A DNA stretch of 63,955 bases, the filler included. It is 16 parts of 16 records of this genome, joined end to end, with 100 filler letters (N's around TTAATTAATTAA, not from the genome) between each part and the next. Parts side by side here need not be neighbours in the genome. Positions count along the whole stretch, not along the records: positions 8,738 to 11,942 come from SRR15195285_11205; positions 12,043 to 16,299 come from SRR15195285_11212; positions 16,400 to 20,878 come from SRR15195285_11242; positions 20,979 to 25,779 come from SRR15195285_11245; 12 more parts are not named here. One strand, written 5' to 3'. Positions 11,609 through 24,785 of the stretch are shown here, in pieces; the stretch's first letter is position 1; each line of letters opens with the position of its first letter. Under the pieces are notes generated by a model. That model was not told the origin of the DNA, did no database searches, and saw nothing but the letters and a program-made list of their open reading frames with translations. The position numbers and the translations under genes were made by a program.

Positions 11609-12394
11609 TATGGTTCTACGGCAAGGTCCCCGCCGTCCCGAGCCACCTGCCCACGGTCGCTGCTGCTCGGCCCGCCTGTCACGCGGCCATCGAGAGCAGC
11701 GTTGGTCCCGCCCTAATAAACTCGTTCATCTCGCAGGCTTGCGTATACATATACACGCGTACCCGGGAGTACTGCATGCATGCTGCTGCTCCGCGTGCTC
11801 CGATCCATCCGGCGCGCGCGCACGGACGTCCGCCGTCCGGGCGTCCGGGCGGCGGCGCGCGGCGGCGGCCATCCGGAAGGCGCCGCCGCCCCAGCAACGA
11901 TCCGGACAAAATATGCATGTGCCCAGGTTGAAATGAGTGAACNNNNNNNNNNNNNNNNNNNNNNNNNNNNNNNNNNNNNNNNNNNNTTAATTAATTAANN
12001 NNNNNNNNNNNNNNNNNNNNNNNNNNNNNNNNNNNNNNNNNNGAGCACGGCACGACGGACCCTCCACCCTCCCTCCGCTGCTCGCTGTTGGGGGCGCTTC
12101 GTGAGCACGTGCTCCGCCCCGGCAGACGGACAGGCGATCACGGCGACGGTCGAAGCGTGTGGGGGTGGCTTGGGGGAGGTCGTGATCGCGGCGAGTGTTT
12201 GGGCAGATTTGCTGCTGCCCAGTAGAAGCCACTCCGTGTGCTGGGCCTTCCGCGTATTCAGCGGGGTGACGACGGCGGTGCCGGCGGGTCTGCCCTCCCA
12301 TACGATTGGCTGTACGAGCCTTCGGCAGCACGGGAGCGCCAGCCTGGGAGCGTGAGAGTCGTCAAGGGTCCGTTCGCACAGGGAACAAGCCGCG

Positions 12395-14704
12395 ATGTCC
12401 TTGAAGAAGGAGGACTTCAAGATCACACATGAGGATGAGATGAAATGGGATGAGCGGCCCTGGGATTTGGTGGACTGGGAGAAGGAGAATAATTTGCCGT
12501 GGTGCCAGAGGATGTGGAGAGCGAAGTGGAACCTGAAGCCACGTGGGCCGAAGTGGCTGCCGGAGATCATCCGAATGACGTGGTTCTTGCAGGTGATCGG
12601 CATTGTTATGGGGATCCACGGCGGTATCGACGGCGACCTCGGCGGCCCTTTCTTCTACTCTCGGACCAGCTGCTGTGGATTTGCAGGCACGCCGTCGGAG
12701 CTGCCAGCGGTCTACGATATCCACTGGCCGAAGACATTTACCGACTACCACCACAACGTGTCGTACTTTCGGGCGTGCCACGTGCCGCTCTTGAGCAAGG
12801 ATGACTCGGCGTGGAGTCATTCGAACTACTGCGTCAACTGGCCGTACGTGAGGGCGTTCACGCAGAAGCTGAACGCCGGGCGCTCCATGTCGCTTACGAT
12901 GACCAGCCTGTTTTTCATGCCCATCGGCGCTGGCTGGGCGGACAAGCGCGGGCGCAAGCCTATGTTCTTCTTCGGGCACATGCTTGGCATCAAGTCGCTC
13001 ACGTGCAACTTGCTTTCTTCGCTGCCCTGGTTCATCATTCACGACCCGAAGGCGTACCTCCTCTACGCATCCGGGATCTTGAGTGGCATGGCCTCCGGCT
13101 GCGGGCCGACGAGCATGGCGATGATGGTTGATCTGATCCCGGGCGACATGCGCGAGCAAGGCTTTCCAATTCTGCGGCTGTTCCACATTCCGAGCCAGCT
13201 CATTGTCTTCGGAATCGGCTACTCACTACTGAAAAAGCACCTCTCGACCTACACGCTCTTCTGGTGCATCTCGCTAGGCACGGACTTGATCTGCGTGTGG
13301 TTCTTCCTGTTCTTCCTGCCAGAGTCTATGCCGGACAGAATGAAACGGGAGCTGGTATGGCAGGACATGTTCCCAGGCACGTACTACTTCGAGGCGGTCA
13401 AGATTGTCCTGAAGTACCCGCTTCTGATCGGTCTGAGTATTTGCATCGCCATCGACTCCTTTGCCTTCCGTGGCATGGGAAGCGTCGCTGGGAATCAGCT
13501 CTGGATGGGACCACTGAAGTTCAAGCAAGAGGAGTGGCTGATTCCACATCTCATCTCTCTTCTATGCGGTATACCCGCGAACCTCATCGGAGCAGTCGTC
13601 ATCCCTCGAGTTGGAGTGTGGCCCGCAATATTTTTTGGCGAGATCTCCGGGATCATCCTTGGACTCGGCGGCAACATGTGGCCGATATTCTGGTACGGTA
13701 CAAACTGCACAGCGCACACTTTGCCTTGCGATCTACATGCATGCCTGAATGCGGACAGCTTTTGTGATGCACCCAGCTTAGATAGATACATCTCATTGGC
13801 TGCGTTTAGAATCAAAACGCCTAACAGATACTCGTGCTGGACAGGATGAACTATTACAACTGCTGGACCAGCATCCATTGTGGCGACGGCACGTGGGGGA
13901 CACCTTTATTCTGGGCAAAGTGGGGCGGCACGATCTGCACGCACGCCCTCGGACAGTTCGTGGGCGCCATTTCGGTCAGCTGACTACTGTGCCATTGCTT
14001 GATTCTGATGCACGCGTCTCTATCGCTCATGGGCATGCTGTGCTGTGCAACCTGGGTTCGCCAGCTGAAAGCACGACTCAGCGTGCTCTGCATGTCTGCA
14101 ATCGTGAGCAGGGCCCTGCTGGCGAGGCAATGATTTCAATGCAAGTTTCCCAGACCGAGCAGGCGTCGATCCAGGCAGCATTCAGGCTGATCAGCTCTCT
14201 CTCAGGAATGTACGCGCCTCTGTACTTCACGAATCACTACTTCAACGTCGATTGGACCGGGTGGCAAGTCATCTCGTACGCGTTCGTCGGCTACGCTCTA
14301 CACACGGGCAAAGTGGTCATTTATGTACGACGCCCCAGCATGCACGCGCGTGCATTCTTTTTTTATGCGTTCGCGCGTGCAGATCATTGGCTGCGTACCT
14401 GACCCACGATTCGCTTGGGTTGCGTTTTGCCTAGTTCCTGACGTTCATGGTGGACCGCTACATCATTTACCACAACGAGCCCAAGTTGCACGTGGCTCGT
14501 GACTTCTTTGACGCAAAGAACAAAACATATCCGGGCTCTTTCGACTACCGTGTTGCAGGTGTGAAGAAGAGTCGCGGGTACGTCAGGAAGCTTACAGGTG
14601 CCCACGCACATGAAGGAGGAAACGCGCTGACAATGAGTAAGGCGGAAGACGAGGCGGATGAAACGACGCCACTGCTGTCTGATCCTCGTGGTAACAATCT
14701 ATAA
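12395..14704 (+). CDS. MFS transporter (MFSD14/HIAT1/TetA-like), 4 exons
   Basis: GWADKRGRKP motif A, FFLPES, MISMQVSQTEQASIQAAF. Introns 13693-13844, 13975-14111 and 14325-14434 give a continuous frame to the stop at 14704. Confidence 0.85.
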
Positions 14705-14895
14705 TTGCTGGTCTCTACAAATGTGCAATTGGGTAGCGTAGGAATTCGCAATACCAAACATCATTGCTGCAATTGATCATTTTGTCAGTAAAGTAGCGCC
14801 TAAGTCGCAGCTACAACTGCTGCTCTTGGGAGCCCTCCGACGACCCGAGCCATACACTCAGAATGATCAGCCGGTGCTAAGACGAGGCTTGTGGA

Positions 14896-16168
14896 TCAAC
14901 GCTGCTTCTGCAGCAGTTTGGCCGCCGCCAGCCAGTCGAACTGTACGGCACTTGGGTTGGGCATCCAATTACACTCTTGCGTTGCTTTACACGCACGAAC
15001 GTCCCACTCCGTCTCTGCAGATGGGCCGGCACGGCCGCGGATTTGGTGGCCACCTTTTGGCGATGCCAAGACGGCAGGGTTACTTCCAGTGAGGATGGGA
15101 TCGCAAGACAACGGGGTGAACGTTTGCAGCAGCAGTGGTCGTGTAGAAGAGGAGGCATTCGGCGGTGACCCATGGACGCAGCGGCAGTTGTGCACAATGA
15201 TAGTGCCTGCCTTGCCAGTCATCGGTACGACAGAGCGATCGAGTGGCACTCTGGCTAGGGCATGATCAGGCAGGATGGCGAGCCAGTTGCCGTCCTCGTC
15301 CTCGTGATTGTGGAGCACGTTGTGGGACGACAGTGGCACGACACTCATCGGTCCACTGGTCTCATCCACATCTTTTAAATAGATGCCGATCGTCAGTGGT
15401 GCAAAATTGCTGTGTGGCCAGAACTGTATATCCTGGTGCCAACTCACGAGGGAAGAGTTCCCGCTGTTCCACTTGAAATTCAGCTTCGAGTGGTGAAACT
15501 TCAGCCCCGCGGGCCCTAGTATGTCGCTCGCTAGGTCTGCGGCGGGGCCACAGATGAAGTTCCAATAGACTTCAATGTCCTCGGGTGCTAGTAGTCTAAC
15601 GAGCCGCGGCTCTAAGTCAGTGTGGCCCTCATCATATACGAAGCGCTCATGATGCGCGGGGTCGCAGCTCAGTGCCACTTGCTGTTCCGTCTCTTCCTGC
15701 AGCTGCTGCAATGTTTCATCGTCAACCAGTCCAGGTGGTAGCACGAGGTAACCATGCTGCACACGCGCGCAGACCACGTCAACGCGCCTCGCTGATCAGC
15801 CGTCTAATGCTCTAATCCTGACTGATGCCCGACTGTCCATCAGCGGACCGAGCCAGTTGATCCGTCCCGTACGAGACAGGATAGGGTCTCTCCCAGACAG
15901 CTTACATACGATGTAACGGGAGTGCAGATCAATTCAGTGTGCAGGAGATCGATCACACCTGCCAGTAAAAATCACGCTGCTGCTCCGTGACGACGAGCGG
16001 CGGCGGCAGCTGGAGCGAGCTGCAGCCAGGCAGGGCCCATGGCGACGCAGTGCCGCACTGGGCCGCAGAGCACCCGGCTACGCATGGCGGTCTCAGATCA
16101 CCCGGCCCACTACGCAAGGCTGTTGTGGTATGGGCAAGACGCCGTCGACTACGCGACAGCGCATCCAT
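14896..16168 (-). CDS. Phytanoyl-CoA dioxygenase (PhyH) family 2OG-Fe(II) oxygenase, 2 exons
   Basis: VTEQQRDFYWQ|HGYLVL across intron 15757-15958; WHQD and VHNCRCVHGS..N...R metal/2OG motifs. The 3' end may contain an additional intron. Confidence 0.88.
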
Positions 16169-16399
16169 CGGTTCCAGGATCGATCACCACGCACGCGCGA
16201 CGGAGGGCCGGCGGCGAACGCCGCGGCCGCGTGCGCGCCGGATTTGCTGCACACCTACCTTAAATCATGCACCCATCCGGCCATGCATGGGTATGCAAAN
16301 NNNNNNNNNNNNNNNNNNNNNNNNNNNNNNNNNNNNNNNNNNNTTAATTAATTAANNNNNNNNNNNNNNNNNNNNNNNNNNNNNNNNNNNNNNNNNNNN

Positions 16400-19300
16400 G
16401 TGCAGAAGACGTAGCGCTCGAACGTGGCCATCCAAATTGGAATTCAATTTGTTGGCTTCGGTTTCAATACGGCTGTGAACGTTGCTGTCTTTCTCATCTG
16501 CATCGGCTTTCAGGGCAGCTGTCTCATCCGCGACCATCTGTCGTAAATGTGCTGCAACTTCATTGTTGTGCTTGCTGGCCTCCTCAGCTGAAGCATTAAG
16601 AGTAGCGACTTCTTCTGCAATGCGTTCATGCACATCGTGCAGACCAGCGTCAAGTTTTCTGTCTTGGAGGATGATTGCTGCGTTGAGCGTTGTTTCGGCA
16701 GCGAGTGAGTTGACCTGCATTTCCTGAAGGGACAATAGTGTATTGTCAACACGATTGTGGACAACATTCGCTTCCTCGTCGAGTCTGGTGGCCAACTCTG
16801 CAATGTTTCTCTCGTAAGCTTGTGTCAACGCTGCGAGGTCTTGCGAAATCCTGCCTGTTTGCACATACTCAGGATAGAACATCTTTCCACCTCCATCTGG
16901 GTCGACAATTGACATGATACTTTCGACATCAGCATCGCTGAGTGCCTCGCCAAGCTTGATGAACCCTTGTCGAACTTCATTACGCCCGAGAAGGCCATCA
17001 CCACTGACGTCGAATTTCGCAAATTCTTCCGCCCCATCTGCTCTTCCCATTAGCTTTTGCACCAATCGCATGGCACGAGTGGAGACTTGCAGCTTTGTCT
17101 CCAGCTCCTGCTTGGTCTCTTCCAATTTATGGGCAGCATCCAAACTGGCCTGTGTGGTCCTAGCTACCAATGCGGATAGCCGTTCATCTGTCTCTTGAGT
17201 CAAAACAGAAATGGAGTCTTTCAGCTCCGCTGAGGTATCCTCGACTGTCATTGAAACTGTACGCATGTTTTCGTCGATCCTAGCATCCAAAGCTCGCGCT
17301 TGTGCGGTGGAAAATTCCTTCTGCTCATCCTGTGCATGCTTTACGGCCGCACGAAGCTCGGCAGTACATGTGACTACGAGGGCAGTAGTGGATGATATCT
17401 CATCCGCGACATGAGCTGTCATGGAGTTATGGCTCTTCTCTAACTTCGATGAGACGATGTCGACCTCACCTTGAAGTGAGTCGACGTGCCCCTCCATGTC
17501 AAATTGCAAATCGATGACGCTGCGCTCGATTGTCTCTGCCAGCCGAGCTGAATCGCGCGTCATCTCGTCCGTTAGTAGAGCAATCTCATCATCGAGCTTG
17601 TGACCTAGGCGTTGCAGGTCAGATGACAATGTTTCTCCAATTGCTGCGAATGCTTGTTTATCCTCTTCACGCTGTGACGCATGCCTAGCGCTAGCATTAG
17701 CAGAGTCTGTCTGGAGCTTCAACACGTTTGCATCCAGATCCCGTCTGACATCCGAGATGCCTATGTGCAAGTCACTTGAGAGAGCCTCATGCATCGAAGC
17801 TTGAGCTTCTTGAAGCGTGGCATTGGTTGTATCAGCCGTTTCACTCATCTCAGCTAACCGATGCGACACAGCGTTGTTCAGAGCCTGTATTGATTCGACC
17901 ATTTGGTCCTGCAGTGCTTCCTGGTCAGCTTCATGCATCACGACCCCAGCCGCCAGTTCATGGTGTAGATGCGTAGCGAATGAGTTGCTTTGGTCAATTC
18001 GAAGGTGAAGTTCGGCTGCACTGGTATCGAGAATCCAGCCGAGACGTTGAATCTCTGCTTGCAACTGCTTTTGGCTGTTGTCCATAGCAGCCTGGTCGGA
18101 GAGGCGAAGTGTGGCAGCTACCAATTCGTTCTGTGCAACACTTTCCCTAGTTGCCGACGCCTCTGCTTCGAGACGATTGTTGCACGATTCTAACCCAGCT
18201 ACAAGCTCACCCGTCGCGGCTGACAGGGCTGAAGATACCGCCTCAATTTCTGCATCCATTTGCGACGTGCACGCGGTAATCGAGCTGCTCAAGCGCTGAT
18301 TGATCTCGTCTGACTCTCTTTGAATATCTTGGTTCACCATGGTGATCTCCTTCTCAATGACCCCCTGTAGTTCAGTCTGAGTATCAGAGATCAAACGTTG
18401 CAGTGCCTTCACTTCACCTCCGACATGAACTTTCATATCGGCTGTGCGCGTGTCCATATATTGTCCTAGAGCGCCTACGTTCTGCTTGATTTCATGCTCA
18501 AGCGCATCGAATTCACTCCGGAGGCTCTCTTCCAGATAGCTGGTTGCCATCGAGTCGACCATGCGCTGCAATGAGTACGCAGTTGCTGCTTCAGCTTGCG
18601 TCGTATTGACATACTTGCGTAGCTGACTGTTTTCTTCACTAAGCCGGGTATCGAGGGACCGAATGCTCTCCGCTAGCTGTGTCGCTTCAAGTTCTAACTT
18701 TGCACTAGTCTCGTTGTACCACTCGCCGAACTGTGTGTTAATGTCCTCAAATTTGGCGCTCAGTTCAGTGTTCACGATTTGTACATCCTCTGCACTTTGA
18801 TCGCGAAGCTGCTGCAACTCTGTCTCGAGTCTGTGCGAATACTCGGCCCCAACAGTAGAAAGCTTTTCTTCCAGCTTCCCATCGAAGGCCTGCAAAGATC
18901 GGGTCGTCTCTTTCTCGGAAGTTACTATCTTATCATAGAGCTCCAACGACACCTGCTCCACGGTCTCTTTCAAATGCGCCTCGGACTCGTCAATCCGGGT
19001 TGTGACTTGGCGAACCGATGTCTCCAGCGAGGTCCAATTTTTGGTCACAGATTGATTCAAGTCTTCAACTTGCTTATCTACAGTCTGTTTTAGTTGTCCT
19101 GTGACTTCTGTACACTCACGAACGGCCTGTTTGACGAGTAGCTCCACGGTTGACTTTGTGTCCTGGATGTCCGAGGTGCACGCCTTTACCGCCTCCCGGG
19201 AAAACCCTTCGGTGCTTGCCATCCGCTCCTTAACCTCCGCGAACTCGTTCACGAGATGTTCACTGAACCTGTTGAATCGGTCATACTGCTGCCGAGCGTC

Positions 19301-20779
19301 GTCCAGATCAGCGGCGAACGCAAGGTGCGGAATCTTGTCGCCTACCTGCCCAGTCAAAACTGCCAGTTCGGCCTGAAGCCCACGTAGCTGAGTAGAGGCG
19401 GCAGTCTTGCCATTTGCAGCATCAACCTCCCATTCGTCCAGCCTATCTTCCACACGCCCAAGTCGGTCAAGCAGCTCTCGTGAGATACCAGGTCCTGCCA
19501 CACCATAGGGCCGTGGTTCGTCAAGATCGCTCAGTTCTGACTCTGAGCCGCTTCCCGCCTGACGCGCAGGGGGTCTCGGCAACTGCAAAAGACCATCTGG
19601 CTTGTTCCACGTGCTTTCTTTCGTCTTCGCGTTGTAGAAGTAGGACTGCCCGGACGGAGCTCGGTGCTCTTCCCAGAAATCTTCGTCTGCTTCTGATTGC
19701 AACTCTCGCACGGTGGCCGCCAACTCTTCCACTATCCGTTCCAGGCGTTTGACGTCATCAGTGTTGCGAGACTCTTCAAGGCTGACGGCACTCCTGGTGT
19801 CTTGGAGCATGCGCACGCTGTTGACGCTTCGCTCCGCAGCAATCTCTGCGTCGAGTTGCGCCAGTTGACGGCGCAGGTCCCCAATATCAGCCCCGTGCTC
19901 TCGCTCTTGTGAGTCCAAGCGGGTTTCACACACCTCGAGTTGCTGTTTAAGTCGTGTACATGCCGTTTGGGTCGCGTGCAGGTCTTTTAGGGCGCCCTTG
20001 ACAGCATCGAACTCAACATTGGTCTCGCGCAGCAGCGACTTCATTTCGCTCACCTGGTCACGCGAGCCGAAAGCTACCCTGTCCGCCGCTTCTGGCGCTG
20101 TGGCAGGCAGCTCTTTCGCACCTTGCCGGACTTCGGCGCGGACACTGTCTACCATAAGCGCAAGCTCTTGTCGGCATTTGCTCACCTGCAACTCGCTGTC
20201 TTGCAAGCCGCGGCGCCACTGCTTCTTCTCCTTGGTGAGTTCTGCCGCGAGCTCCACCAGCTGACTGTACATTGCGTTCACATCGGCGCGGGCCCCAGTC
20301 TTATCAGGCGAAAGGGAAGCAGCGTCGGCAGCCACCTGCGCTCGACGGCCCTGGGCCTCCACCTCTAGGTCAAGCACGCGCCCCGAGAGCTCCCTGAACC
20401 GGCCTTGCCAACGTTCCTCTAAGCTGCGGGCTACCGCGGATGCATCCTCGGCTCGCTGCGACGGGTCGTACGAGCGATGGTGGAGCGCACGCTCGGTGGG
20501 GTCCACCTCCGGCACCGTGGCAGTCCAACCGTCGATCGAGGAGCCAGCTGCACCACCATCAAAGCCCTGAGACGGCTCCGCGAACAGACTGTCCAGCGCG
20601 TTCGCGAGCGAGTGCACCGCCTCCTCGTCCGCCCGCTCCAATCCCCCCCGCCGGCTCACACCCCCACCCACCTCGCCCACTCCAGCACGCCCGGCATGCC
20701 TCCTCCGCGTTGCATTCGGGCTCTGCGCGGGGGTGCGCACTCTCGCGCGCTGCCCACGGCCGCCCTGCCGCGACGCCAT
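16400..20779 (-). CDS. Large coiled-coil protein with WW domain and EF-hand pair (3' partial)
   Basis: More than 1450 open codons. WW: WEEHRAPSGQSYFYNAKTKESTWNKP. EF-hands: DVSGDGLLGRNE and DPDGGGKMFYPE. Extensive heptad-rich helices. First ATG at 20779. Confidence 0.8.
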
Positions 20780-21221
20780 CCAAACCAACCCAAACCGCAA
20801 ACCCCGTCCACTCGCCCCGTCCAGGGGTCCCGTCCGTCGTCTCTGCACCACCAGCAGCAGCAGCAGCACCACCACCACNNNNNNNNNNNNNNNNNNNNNN
20901 NNNNNNNNNNNNNNNNNNNNNNTTAATTAATTAANNNNNNNNNNNNNNNNNNNNNNNNNNNNNNNNNNNNNNNNNNNNAACCTGGGCACTGCACCCTAGT
21001 CGGGACGGGCACATCGGGTCCTCACTGGGACCCGGTGCGGCGCGATCAAGCACAAGGGGAGACTCTTCGATGACGGATGAGAGTCTCTCTCGATCAGAGT
21101 CTCCCCTTGCTTGGCGCGATCGCGAGGCAGACGCGTACTAGTCGTACAGCTGTACGACGCGCGCGAGCGAGGACCGACCGCGGCGCGGCGCGCGCGACAC
21201 GCGGCGCGCGGGGACGCCGCG

Positions 21222-24200
21222 ATGGAGGGCGGCGAGGGGATGGCAGAGGACGACGAGGCCGGCGGGGCAGGGCTGGTGCTCGATGGCGTGGACTACGGAG
21301 AGGTAAGAAAACGATTCCGCTGCAGTCAATTGTGTGGGCGGCGGAGCTCTTGTCTCCATGTGAGCCGACTCAAGCGGGTTACGCACGGACGCACGGGCGC
21401 GGCCGCTTGTGCGTGCGGATACGCTTACGTGCACGGTGCAATCTGCATGTGTGGTCTTAGCTGCTTGGCGGGATGGAAGCAGAACATCTGGTTGAGGTGT
21501 GCGATGATGAAGGCTTGAGTCGGCCACCCAGTGTTGTCGGTGAGGAGTACAGTGTGACCCTGCGGCGCGCTCTGCGCGAGTATTTCGTTGCACAAGGAGC
21601 TACGTGTGTGACGGTCGGCACGCCAGGCGGGCGATGCGTTGACGAGACAATGGGCGAGATCGAAGCTAGTGCGCTCGAGTGGTCCGGTGAAGTGACATTT
21701 CGCCAACTGCTTTCGTGGATCCGCACGCTGCGTGGCGGCAGCCGCGTTCCGGACGAAATGCTGCGGGCTGCACAGCGACTGTTTCAAAAGCACGACCGCG
21801 ACGAATCCCAAGGGCTAGATCGCTCAGAGCTGCTAACACTTCTCGTGGAGATGGAAACAGACCCGCTGTTTGCTGAAGTGTTGGCAATAATCCCAGAGGG
21901 CGTTCCAGATAGTAGCAGCGGCGGCAGCGGCGGCAGCGACGGCGCGAGCAGCTCTGAGGAAGAGGACGGCAGCAGTGCGCCCGCCTCCACAGATGAGGAC
22001 AGCGAGGAGGACGGTGAACACGTGGATGGCAGCGGTAAGATAGACACAGATCTAGATGAGAGTATACTTGCAAATAGTGCCGAACCCACTGCCTCCGAGA
22101 GCGAAGACGAGGAGTTGGATGGCGTGCTACTGTCACTTCCTAGGCAGTCACGTTCTCCCCCGCCGTTGCCAGTTGCTCCGCCGCCCGATGCGAAGCTGCG
22201 TAGTGGCACAGGGGAGCGCAAGGTCACAATGGCATTTGTGGCGCTAGCTTCGACTAAGCTGATCGCTGGGGCAGATCGCGCTCGAAAGCGGCTGAAGGAG
22301 TATGCAGACCTAGAGCTGGAGCCAGAGCCGGAGGTGGAGCTGGAGTCAGAGTCGGAGCTGGACTCAGACGAGGCAAATGCATCTGATGAGGATGAAGAGA
22401 GGGAGTACGTCGGCAACGTGGCGGAAGCACGCGACGCAATAGCTTTCGTTACTGCACTCCGTGCCAACGAAATGAAAGGTCGTTTACGTGCGCGCCAGGA
22501 GGCGGAGGAAGAGCAAGAGCAAGAGCTGGAACGCCAGGAAGCTCAGGAGAAAGCACGGGAACAAGAGGAAAAGAAGTCGGAACGATTGGCGAAAAAACGG
22601 GTGGCACTGTCAGCAAAGCGCGCTAGACGTGAGGAGATCGCAACAGCGCAGGTGCTAAAGCTGGCGGAAACTGCGCGCGCTGCATTGGAAGAAGGGTACT
22701 TTGTGGAGCAGGAGACTGCGACAGATGCGGTCGTGCCTGATGCTAAGGTGAAGCCCGAGCTGGAGCTAGAGCAGGATTCTGTCTGCGACCTCGAACCAGA
22801 GCCAGAGCCAGAGGTGGAATCTGAAGCTGTGATTCAACCTGAGGCAGTGGTTGTGGGTGTAGCTGTGGCTGCAGCTACAGACGGGATCGTGCCTGCCGAT
22901 GAGCTGACACTCGATCTGGAGCCAGAGTATGAATCTGTTTGTGATTCCGAGCTGGAGCCCGAGCCCGAGCCAGATCTGGAGAATCAATCTGCGATTGAAG
23001 GCATGCCTGAGGCTGGCCTGACACCCGAGCTGGAACCAGAGCATGACCTTGTCGATGACCCGGAACTGGAGCCAGCGCCAGAGCCAGAGCCGGAGTCCGA
23101 AGCTGTGATTGAGTCTGAGACAGTGGCTGCAGAGAGACTCGAATTGGAGCCAGAGCGGGAATCTGTTTGTGATGCCGAGCCCGAGCCCGGGCCCGAGCCA
23201 CCACGAGAGTCAGAAAAATATACCAGTTCAGATGAGGGATCTGTATCGTCCGAGAGTGGCAGTGGTGGTACCATGTGGGCCTCTTCAAGCAGCGACGAGG
23301 ACGAGGACAGCGTTGATGGCGACGCTGCCCAGACACCATCGCTTTCCTTGGTGAGAATAGCAGTCATTTGTAAAATACTTGTCGGTGAACACAAACACTT
23401 GCCCATTCAAAGAGAGGGAGAGGGAGAGGGAGAGAGCATCTGACATTGATGATATTGATGATTGTGACCTGCGTTTGCTGGGTAGGAGAAAGACGCCGAT
23501 CTGCTGTTGGAGGGTGAGGTGTGGGAAGTCACGTATACAGATGACGGAGATCTGTACGACCGTAGATTGTTTGCCAAGCGTTTTCAAGGCGTCTCTCTGG
23601 ACAAACTGGTTTTGCGTTGCATGCAATGCACACTTATACAACTGTAGGCTCATCCCGTGCTGTGGTCGACTGTTATCCAGATACTTCTATCAACCATTTA
23701 CACAAGAGACACGCTGGTGAGATGTCGAGCAGCACACGTGTTTGCGTCACTCATAGAGTGAACAGAATGTGACAATGGTCTATTGCGTTTTCGTTATATC
23801 CTCAGGGATCTTCCAGAGGCTGTCCAGCGCAGAGTTGACGAGCGAATCCGGAAGCGCCAGGCTGAAGTTGATAAAGCTGCAGCCGAAAGCAGCCTGCAGA
23901 AAGCGAGACGACAGGCGAAGCGACAGAAGCGTGCCTTTCTAGCAGGCGAGAAGGCAAAGAATGATGAACTGATGCTGACAACAGAGCTCATGGAGCGTGT
24001 TGCTGCAGAACTAGCAGAGGCGGAGACGACGATCAGCATGGCTGACGCTCAAGCGAAGCAGTTAGGGAGTGGGGGGAGTGGTAAGAAGCAGCTTGAACCA
24101 TTTTATGCATACAGTGGGTGCTCACGATGTTTAGATCTCGCTAGCGAGATTGGTAAGTGTTTTGCATCGCACTTGCTAGACTGTTCTCTTAGCTATGTGC

Positions 24201-24531
24201 TTTTTCGGCTGTTTCATGAATCTTAGAGAATATACATTTTTGTGTGACAGATTCGCAGAGGCGCAAGATGCGGTCAGTCGAACTGTTCCTGCAAACGTTG
24301 CAGACGGGTGGCGACCTCGCGGCCCAGTTGGAGGCAACACTGAGTCGGCAACGCCCCGTCCCGCCAGGCGTAGAAGGACCTTCAACAGAAACACCCGCAT
24401 GCAATATGTGTGCAAAGGCAGCTGAGGAACTGAAGACAGAGAGACAGAGTAGAATCGAGCTTGAGAAACAGTGTGCTGCGCAACAGAGGCGGATCGCAGA
24501 GCTAGAGAAGATGTTCGTGGCGGTGGACTAG
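21222..24531 (+). CDS. EF-hand / acidic EPEPE-rich / WW / coiled-coil protein, 6 exons
   Basis: Introns 21303-21460, 23351-23485, 23554-23680, 23717-23805 and 24153-24250 are all GT-AG and phase-consistent. EF-hand DRDESQGLDRSE; spliced WW domain WEVTYTDDGDLYFYQPFTQETRWDLP. Confidence 0.75.
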
Positions 24532-24785
24532 CAGAAACCAATCCACAGGTCAGATCAGATCTACTCTGTGAACATGCAGTCGTTAGCTCTGCAGCTGAGA
24601 TTCGTGGTCAGGACAAATCATGATGGCAGCCTTGGAGAGAGCTGTCTGGCTCAAACTACGACTGGTGGATCTACAGCGCCAGTCTCTGCACGCACCCGTG
24701 TTCAATTGTGATGGCGCGGAGGAATGTGTGGTTGCATGATACAGATAACAGAGTATCGCTCAAACTGAATGGTAAGTTTATGATG

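Noticed and set aside
22760..23200. Repeated gagccagagcc units
   Set aside because: They encode the low-complexity EPEPE/SVCD protein repeats and are not an independent DNA element.
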